Shown in pieces: positions 54,771-64,000 of a stretch of 64,000 nt of DNA. The position numbers were made by a program, and so were the translations under genes. The stretch lies in the NCBI RefSeq assembly GCF_009914755.1, contig NC_060926.1. The stretch is one strand, 5' to 3'. This stretch comes from the human T2T-CHM13v2.0 reference genome, Homo sapiens. Under the pieces are notes generated by a model. The model was given only the letters and a program-made list of their open reading frames with translations, had not been told where the DNA came from and did no database searches. How positions within the stretch are numbered: position 1 is the first letter of the stretch; each line of letters starts with the position of its first letter.

Positions 54771-56879
54771 GCTAATTCACAGCATTCTTTTCCTGTACCA
54801 CTCCCCATGTGGTGGCCAAGAGTTTGTTCATTGTCTCATGGCACCCATGATCACAGGGGTTATGGTCTCTCAAATACAAGCCCTCTAAAATGTTCTATGC
54901 AGAAAGACTCTGGGGCTAAATAGCTTTGGGAATCTTGCTTGTGGTAAGCCCCACTGCCCATTCCCCTAAGAAAGTCTTACAGAAGTCCTGTGATCAAGAA
55001 TCCTTTGAAACTTTCCTTTCAAGCTCCCCAAACTTTTTGTCTAAGGAGCCCTCTTCCTGAGTAGAAGCCACTGACATGCAGTGGAAGCAGTTTCTGTGGG
55101 ACCCACTCTTGGAAACATCAGACTTGGTCTAGAGTTCCAGTTTATTCATACGCTGACAGCCCCCCTGAAAGGCATGTGGGGCTAGCGTGGCAGGAATGAG
55201 GTGCCAGGCAAGTAACATTCAGTGGAGGAGGCTGGGAGAAGAGAGTTATGGTGGTGAGAAATCCCTGATGGCTGTGAGCCCCTCTGGAGCTGAACCTGGA
55301 GGGTGGGTGGATGAGGGACAGGAAGAGGAGTGGGCACTGATACCTATGCCCAATTTATCTATTTGTGTGTGGCCCTGGCTATAGCAGGGATGGTTTTCAA
55401 AAGCATTTTCCCAGTAGGTCTTTTTCATTGAAAAATGTTCTGAGATTGACAAGTGGGATGGGGAGGACAGGGCTGGTCAATTCTGTGGCATAGATGTGCT
55501 CCCTTCTCATAACAGAAAGAACATCTTTAGCAATCTGTCCTGTGGAATAGGAAAGCCATGTAATCAGGATTAGCTGTGAGCTCATACTTCTATAATAAAT
55601 GAATTCTCTGTGGGTGAGAATTCATGTAACATTTTTAATTAAGATAACTGCAGGGAAAAGGAAAGGACCCCTTAGTAAGTGACGCTAGTGAATGGATGAT
55701 GCCCTTCCCTGCCCCTCCCAGGAAAATGAGACTCAGCCACTAATTGGTGTAATTAGCACTGGAAGTTAAAAGATTTCCCTCCTTTTTTTTTTTCTCCTTT
55801 CTTTAGCTTTAGAGTGCCTGGGTTCTTTGGTTTTGATTGCTTGGTCATCCTTTCTTTCCTCTATGAAAGTTCAGGTGGCTCTGGCGGCTTGCCTGAACCC
55901 CCTTTTCAGATGGTAATTGGGAGCCTGAATCCTGCCCTCAGGACTGCACCGCCTGGTCCACTGTGAAGTTGGAGTCAGAAGTTAGTCTCTGACTCTTTCA
56001 AAACCCTTGCGAGGATTGGTTCGAATGTGTTTTTAGGAAGTTCTGTGGTACACTTGAATTTATACTTGATAGAGGGCTCTTAACTTTTTTAAAAGAAGGC
56101 AGCCCAAAACAGAGCAGAAGGGTATAATAAGGTGTGTGTTGCTATGGAAATAATTGAATGAAAATTTAATTTCCTACTGCACCTATTGATCAGGAAAAAA
56201 AAGGGAGAGGAGAAAAGGAAAGGTCTTCCTAAGCAGAAACACAATGAATGGGAATATAATTAATAATAATTGAAGAAAATGTCACCCCAAGGGTTTCTCC
56301 AAGGAGGCTGATCTCCCTGACAGAAATGGCGGCATCCTCTTTTTGCTGCTTCTTTGTGATGGGAGAGAGTGTGCAGGCGAACCCCAGGGACTCGGAGCTC
56401 TGAGAAGCCTCTGGCTTGAGCTCCCGGAGAAGCGTGAAAAAATGTTTTGTGATTCATGGAAAAGCCAGCTCCAGGTGTCGGGGATGCTGCTCTGAGGGGC
56501 TTTTGATGCAAGGTTGGTTTAAAGTTCAAAATCCAGAACAAGCTTCTTTGAGAAGTCCCCACTCTAGTAGGTTTCAGAGTGAATTCTTTCAATGGTGTTC
56601 TATTAAAATTCAAGGACATGGGTCTCATGAAGCATTAATGGGCAGGTCCTTTACACATTATACAGAAGGAATTGGCTCTAACATGATTTATGTCTTCCCA
56701 TCTTATCCTAATTCTATATCCCCTTAAATATAGTAATAGGAAAGCCTGGGTCATATTTTTGTTTCCCTAACAGTGAGTGCTACTTTTTAATTAATAGTAC
56801 TTCACTTGCATGTGTGTCTGATGGAAGCATCAGCTGATGGGGTTACCAAGTCATAACTGAGAAGCCCTTTCCACCTTAA

Positions 56880-57050
56880 GCCAGTGGCAAAGCTTGGCTG
56901 CACAATACAGTTGCCTGGGGAGCTTTGTAAAATCCCAATGTCCAGGCCACACTCCCAAACCAGTTAAAATAGAATCTAGTGGATGGGACTCAGGCATCAG
57001 TATTTTTTTTAAAGCTCCTCAGGGGATGCCACTGTGAAAGGTTGAGAGCC
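56880..57050. mobile_element. MER5A-like hAT-Charlie element
   Basis: cttggctgcaca...cctggggagcttt...ggatgggactcaggcatcagtatttt...aagctcctcagg...ggttgagagcca. Confidence 0.7.
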
Positions 57051-57845
57051 ATTAATGTAAGTGGAGTTAAACAAAACTCTATAGCGCTGGTGGACATCCT
57101 ACGTGATAGTTCATGTTAGAAAAAAACATTTCCCTGCCAGGAACCCCTTCTGCGTCTTCGTAGGGCTCCCGTGGTCCCAGTGGGGCCAAAATCTCAGGGT
57201 CCTTTCTGCCTTCCTTCCAGTGGTGTGCAAATGTTTAACAACCCACTCCCGGGAATGAAAAAAGCCCCGATGTGTAGCATGTGCTGATTTCCAGATTCCA
57301 TAAATACTCCCACCATGGTCTCTTTCATCCTACCAAGCGGCCATCGCCCAGCATGGAGTTGGGAGATGTGCACAGCCAGCTCCAGACACCAGTGCCTCCT
57401 CAGCTTCACAGTTCCTCACCCCTCCTTTGTGTCCACCCCTGAGTAGCTCATTCTCCCTTAGGTGCTGTTCCAAGTTTCGAGTCATCTGGAAAAATAGTTT
57501 TCTGCTTGTGTGATATGCTGGCTTGTCCCGCTCAGGTAACATAACAGAGTCTTCTCAGTGTAGATTACCTCTGGAAAACACCACGAGAATGTGCCTGAGG
57601 CTGGAGATGTTTAGGCAATTGGCATTGTGGGTTATTCTTTTCCCTGTGAAGCTAAGGTGAGTTGTCCTAGATAGGGCACATGAGGTTTCTGAGCCTGCAG
57701 GGTGGAAAGCCAGGCTGTGAGTCAGGACACACTCACCAAGGTAACAAAGGGGCTTCAGGGGAGGCAGCCTCCTAGCCTTCGCGAGTTGATCGCCTCCACC
57801 TCATCACTTCTCTTTCCACCACATTACAGAGCATTTTCACGTGAC

Positions 57846-58007
57846 CTACCTTCCTTCCTTTCTTCCTTTCTTTCTCTTTTTTCTCTTTCTTTTCTTTCTT
57901 TCTTTCTCTTCCTTTCTTTTTCTTTCTTTCTTCTTTCTTTTTCTTCTCTCTCTCTCTCCTTCCTCCCTTCCTCCCTCCTTCCTTTCTCTCTTTCTTTCTC
58001 TTTCTTT

Positions 58008-58047
<40 letters not shown>

Positions 58048-58424
58048 TTTCTTTCTTTCTTTCTCTCTTTTTCTTTCTTTCTTCTCTCTCCTTCCTCCCT
58101 CCCTCTCTCTTTCTTTCTCTTTCTTCTCTCTCTCTCCTTCCTCCCTTCCTCCCTCCCTCCTTTCTCTCTTTCTCTTTCTTTCCTTCATCTATCTCCTTCC
58201 TCCCTTCCTCCTTCCCTCCCTTTCTATTTTCTTTCTTTTTCTTTCTTCTCTCTCTCCTTCCTCCCTCCCTCCTTTTCTCTCTTTCTCTCTTTCTTTCTTT
58301 CTCTCTTTCTTTCTTTCTTTTCTTTCTTTCTTCTGTCTCTCTCCTCCCTCCCTCCCTCCCTTTCTCTCTTTCTTTCTTTTCTTCTCTCTCTCTCTTTCTT
58401 TCTGTCTTTCTTTCATTCTTTCCT

Positions 58425-58430
<6 letters not shown>
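57846..58430. repeat. ~585-bp near-pure pyrimidine (CT/CTTT/CCCT) tract continuous with an Alu tail
   Basis: Read directly; produces the artefactual S/L/F-rich and K/R/E-rich ORFs at 57702-58539. Confidence 0.95.
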
Positions 58431-58745
<315 letters not shown>

Positions 58746-59026
58746 TAGGAAGGCCAAGCAAATACTGTCTTCCAGCTGCAGGTGAAGAATCCTGCCTAAG
58801 CTCAGAGAGGTCAAGTGGAGTGACTCACCCAAGTTTGAGCAACTTGCTAGAAGGTGATGGAGCCAGGCCTTGAAGCCAGAGCTTCTGACTCCATCCTTAC
58901 ACATACATGGCTCCTGACACACAGCCTTGGTCTACTGGTCACCTTCACCCAGGCATGGGGCCAGTCAACTTTGGTAGAGGAGGAAGTGAAATAAAAAGTA
59001 ACCCTGCTTTGCAGTCTTTTGAATTA

Positions 59027-59073
59027 TTAGGTTGGTGCAAAAGTAGTCGTGGTTTTTGCCATTAAAAGCCTAA
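59027..59073. mobile_element. Internally deleted MADE1 (Hsmar1 MITE)
   Basis: TTAGGTTGGTGCAAAAGTAGTCGTGGTTTTTGCCATTA left arm, right end reduced to CCTAA; TA dinucleotide on both sides. Confidence 0.85.
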
Positions 59074-59232
59074 TAATTCTTTGCCAGTCCTGCTTTGGAA
59101 AGCTGTTTTCTGAAATGAAACATGGGCTTTGTGTCTAATAAAGAACACGTTCCAAGTTGGTCAATATTAAGTTGGGGGTGTAATATGAATGGCTCATGCT
59201 GTATGAATGGCTGACAAGCTGTGATTCTACAG

Positions 59233-59429
59233 AGTCAGAAACAACCTCTGTTGAGATTGCATCGAATCCAGAAGACACCTGGGACTCTAAGACATGGCTG
59301 CAGAAATATGGCTTGAAGGCCCAGAAGCTATCCTTGTATGATGTGCTTGCCGACTGCTCTTTCCGCCACGCTGATGGGGTTGTGGATATAAAAGCCAAAC
59401 CGGAGAATGAGTCCGTGCAGACCAGTGCG
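59233..59429 (+). CDS. VWA3B: VWA3B coding exon (likely exon 9), 197 nt: (E)SETTSVEIASNPEDTWDSKTWLQKYGLKAQKLSLYDVLADCSFRHADGVVDIKAKPENESVQTSA
   Basis: Acceptor gattctacag|AG, donor GCG|gtaggt. Lies within track ORF 59196..59555; WL.KYGL...KL.L.D.L motif typical of VWA3 proteins. Confidence 0.95.
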
Positions 59430-60835
59430 GTAGGTGAAGTGCACTCCTGGGAGGGGCTGGGGCCTCCCCTCAAGTCCTGGGTGGGTGAGGCCTCCATTGG
59501 GTCAGAAGGCAGGGGAAGGGGCAGCAGGGAGAGAAACCAGCTTGGGTTTCTGTGAAGAACAGGGTTCCTCTGTTTCCCTCCTCACCCTTCTCCAAAGGGC
59601 ATCTGTGGGAGTGGAGATCAAGGCTGGGAATGAGTTCTAGACATCAGTGAGTTGTACATAAGCCAGGGGCTGGGTTTGGAGAAATCAGGCATTATGAGTT
59701 TCAGAATTATTCAACATTATGCAAATAGAGAAGCCCTTTGTTCCCCCATATTGAATGGAAAAGAGAAATTGCTGGTGAGTATGCCCAGCGCAGCAGGCGT
59801 TTCTGTGGTCCTCTTGTATTTTCCCTCATTATTCCAGTGACTAGCAGCCAGCATACAGCGCAATCCCAGCAAATAAGGAGTCAGATCCTCCAAAGGGCTA
59901 TAACCATTAAAAACTTTGAAAGCTGCAGTTCTATTGTGGGTTTTGTAGGAATACAGCTTCTCCTAGTGCCTGACTCTGGCTCCCAATGAAGGACAGTGCT
60001 CGACAGCAGTGCTGCCTTAACTCCAGCATCATGCATATGAGTCAGTAGGTCCGAAATGTGGCTCAAGAATTTGCATCCATAACAACCCCCAGATGATGCT
60101 AACACTGCTGGTCCAGGGGCCACACCTTGAGAAGCAGAGAGGTGTAGAACAGGAACCAGAAGACAAGGTGTCAAAGGTTTAGAAGCATGGAAAGACTAAG
60201 AAGTGTCCCAATGTGAAATAGAAATCAGGATAAAATGAACATGGCAGATTTGCAAAACCAAAGGCAGGCTCTTTCAGGAGGTGGCAAAGTTCCAGGTACA
60301 TGCTGTGAAGTGAACCTAAAATGCAAGCCCAGGGCAGACAGGCAGGTGACAGGCGGGTGACCGCAGCCCAGAGGAGACACCTGGGAAAGAAAATCAAGGC
60401 CCCCCCCTCAAATGCAGTGTCACCTCATGTATTCTTGAAGGCTCCGATTCAAAGTCAGGGTCATTACTGAGATGTTGTAACTCCAGCAGAGGGGGAACTC
60501 CAGTCCTGTTGCCACTTGTTATTAGGCTGGCCGGCCACTGAGCCCTACATGCCCTCCATGGAAAGGGCACTGTCCGTCGGGGCTATGTGAGCCACACCAT
60601 GTTATGTTCTTGCCCCCTCACTGCTGTGCATTTATGACAAACTGCAAGGAAGAAAATATAAAAACTGAATTAGAAAAATGCAGAATTGATGCACGACTTG
60701 TTTCCTGGCTTACCCTAGGATGCAGGGTAATTGCTACAGCGCAGGGAAAATCTCATTTGTGGGTTTCCTCCCCCAGCACAGTTTTCTGGTTTTGTAGACA
60801 TTATTCTGTAATGTTCAGGAAATCACACATAACTA

Positions 60836-61199
<364 letters not shown>

Positions 61200-62584
61200 T
61201 TACTGCAAACTGACAACAATGTAGTATATTCAAGCTAGCTCTAATACTGATCATCTCCTAACTCATTCTTGTCAATTTTAAATGAAATTTTACAGGATCA
61301 CTTTGAATAATTTGGCTTACAAGAGGGAATTTTACCTCAATTTTTTTGTGCTAGTCAACTGTATTATGGTAAAGATTGAGAATTATTAATATATAGTACA
61401 GCTCCCTTTTTTTTTTTTTTTTTTTTTACAAATACTGATGAGAAAGGGACAGTTTTATTTTTAGTCTTTGGGACTACATACTGAAACTGGATTCACACCT
61501 AAAATTGTGATGTGTATAAAGTAGGAAGAAACTAAGGCTGTGAAATAGGTAGATTATTTAGGGTTCCCCCAGACTCCCACTGGGCAAGACCCCCTAAATA
61601 TTTAACAATAAAAACTAGTTTATAGGAACAGACCCAGGAAACTCGTTAACACAGAAATGAATGGCTAAAAAGGCCTTATTATGTAGCAGTTCAAAGATGA
61701 TGAACAACTGGGAGGAGGAGACAAACATGCATTTCTAATAAGGGAATTTCAGGCCAAGCCTAAGAACTTGATATTTCAGGCATCCCTGAAATCACACTGC
61801 ATGCACGGTTGCTTGAGCTCATGCACAAAACCAGGCCTGATGTTCAAAAACCCATTCTTGTCTCTTTGTCTATTTTTCAAACAAATATTTATGGAGCCCC
61901 TGCTATGTACCAGTTCATGTGATATGGCGGAAGGCACACTGGATACGGAACGAGAAGTTCTAGGTATAAATGCTGCTTCTAGTAGTTACTGATGATGAGA
62001 TGTTGAACAAATCATGTGACTTCTTTGAGCTTCACCCTTCATATTTGTGAAATGGGTAGTGTAAAGTGCAAATTTACAAATGCATGTCTGAGCACAGTGC
62101 CCGGCACATAGGAGATGCCCCACAGATGTTGCCTTCCTTTTTTTCTGCACTACAAACATTGTGAGTCAGAATTGAGCATTTATGGAACGCTTCTATGCTT
62201 TATATTCAAGGTAAACATTTGTGCTCTCAGTTTACACAGGAGAAAACAGTCGCGGGACCTGTGAGAGGTTAGGTAACTCGCTTGAGATTGATCTTGTGGC
62301 AGTTGGAGGCAGGGTTTGAACTTGGGTCCACTGGGCTTTCACACTGTGCTTTTCCCATTCTGACACGCTGCTGCCTGACACAGAACCTGCCTCTCTGTGG
62401 TGTATGGTCTGGTGGTTTTCCATTTGGCTGTGCATGAGGCACACTCGGGAAATGCCCTTTGATGGGGATGTGGTGAGCATGAGAGACAAGACACCTTTCT
62501 CCTTCCATCCTTGCAGGGCAGCGGAGGTGTCCACCTCTGCCTGCCTTGGGAGCATAGGACAGATCTCATCATGCCCTTCAACCT

Positions 62585-62739
62585 CTTTCCGCCTTTTCTG
62601 GCTTATCTCCATGCAGTTAACTGTACTGGCAGAAACTGGAGGAAAACAGCCACAATGCAATGCCTGGTTTCACTGTAAATTCATGCCCGCTCATGTCAGT
62701 GGATCTTTTGAGCTGCCCAGTAGTCTACTGAGTCCACTC
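62585..62739 (+). repeat. Dispersed direct duplication (~155 bp) of 63598-63753
   Basis: Shared ttttctggcttatctcc.tgcagttaactgtactggcagaaactggag...aatgcctggtttcactgtaaattca; offset 1013 bp. Confidence 0.9.
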
Positions 62740-62759
62740 GTTCTCACCAGTCACCACTG

Positions 62760-64000
62760 GACTCAGGAATTCTCATTGCCATGCGGCTCTGAACATCCCT
62801 TTTCTGACCCCACTCCACCCTCTCTGACTCCTAAAATCCCCCCACCCCGCCCTCTGGGCGCATCATCAGCAAACCCTGATTGCTTCCAGGCCTCTGAAAC
62901 GTTCCCATTGGATGCTTACCGGGGCTCCTCTCTGAGAAGCCCTCCCTGCAGCCCTCTGGAGTGGGGGCTGGTTTCTCTCCCATTCCCTTTGGACCTGTGG
63001 ACCTGGGGTGGGTGGTGGCCTCCTTGCTCCTGTTTTCTGGTTCTTGACCTTCTCTCTCCTTCTTCCCACGTCATCAGACTGTGTCACTGAAGACATCTCT
63101 TGTGGTTGTCACTTACTAAGCTCACCCTCGTCAGTCCTCGAAGATTATGGGGCTTCTCTCTTGCTTTCATTGGCTCCAACACCTGCTTTAGTTCATAGTG
63201 ACTTCAGTCCCATATGGAGGACCCTTCCAATACCCCAACCTCTCATTTCTTTTACCTTCTCTTTCCCAGTGACTTCCTCCCCAACTCCATCTCTACCACT
63301 CCTGCCTTAGGCATGCCCTCAGCCTTGTCATTACAAATAACTGTGTAATCATAAGCCACATCCTCAGTTCCAAACTGTCTGACCAGCCCCCCTGTCTGAC
63401 CAAGTCATCTGTAGGTTGTTTATTCTCTTGCGCTATTCCCACCCATCTGTCTCCTCCACCAGGATATAAAAGTTACTGTTTCTACCACCTCCTCTCTGTC
63501 CTCTCTATCCTCCCATGCATCCTCAACCATTTTTCCCTTCTCTTAAACTATTGCACTCACCTGGCAAAACCCCAGATTTAACCCTGGCTAATGCCAACTT
63601 TCCGTCTTTTCTGGCTTATCTCCGTGCAGTTAACTGTACTGGCAGAAACTGGAGAAAAACAGCCACGATATATAATGCCTGGTTTCACTGTAAATTCACG
63701 CCCACTAATGTCAGTGGATATTTTGTGCTGCCTAGCAGTCCACTCAGCCCCTCACTGGCTGTCCTCTCCTCCTGAAACACCTAGCACCTTCCGCTCCACG
63801 CTCACTCCACTCACTCTCTGCAGGTGAGCTTGCTTCCTGTGTTGTGAACATCGACGGGAATGTCATGAGCTTCTGCCTCCACATCTCAGCCCCCAGTGTC
63901 TGCCATCTACCTTTATTTCTCCCAGGCCGAATTGTCCTTGTCCTGTCTAAGGCCATTCACTGCACAGATACATGGCTGTCTCTCCACTCGTTTATTCACT
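62760..64000. mobile_element. Degraded L2 LINE body
   Basis: C/T-rich sequence with L2-like motifs (gacccttccaatacc, ctggcaaaacccc...accctggctaatgccaact, ctggagaaaaac...cactgtaaattca). Confidence 0.55.

Noticed and set aside
59027-59073. Possible miR-548 family precursor
   Set aside because: The right arm of the MADE1 is deleted, so a full hairpin cannot form.
60483-60495. CTCF-like CCAGCAGAGGGGG
   Set aside because: Lacks the conserved C of the GGC core; too weak to call.
62404-63090. 228-aa ORF
   Set aside because: Overlaps degraded L2-like and duplicated sequence; low-complexity P/S/L composition, no recognisable domain.

Overview
This is human/primate genomic DNA lying entirely within one plus-strand gene that I recognise as VWA3B (von Willebrand factor A domain-containing 3B). 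Four internal coding exons splice in frame with canonical AG/GT sites: 6454-6623, 12039-12154, 41068-41193 and 59233-59429 (probably exons 6-9; numbering is from memory). They encode IESIYYFVVGD...KTHSR|FHAFAER...KLPPG|AGVRED...VDCE|SETT...VQTSA. The rest is repeat-rich intron: 18 Alus (one very young AluYa5-lineage copy), solo LTRs with target-site duplications (TSDs; antisense HERV-K LTR5B-like, sense ERV9 LTR12C, MER51, LTR1), MaLR/ERVL LTRs, L1/L2/MIR relics, DNA-transposon fossils and microsatellites. I found no evidence of a novel multi-gene system; nearly all other track ORFs are repeat or low-complexity artefacts. The best leads are (i) a sense LTR12C promoter upstream of an exon carrying a strong-Kozak in-frame ATG, (ii) an antisense HERV-K LTR aimed at an exon, (iii) inverted Alu pairs bracketing two exons, and (iv) several locally templated, non-tandem sequence copies that look like template-switch repair scars. 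Repeat subfamily names come from recalled consensus sequences and need RepeatMasker confirmation.
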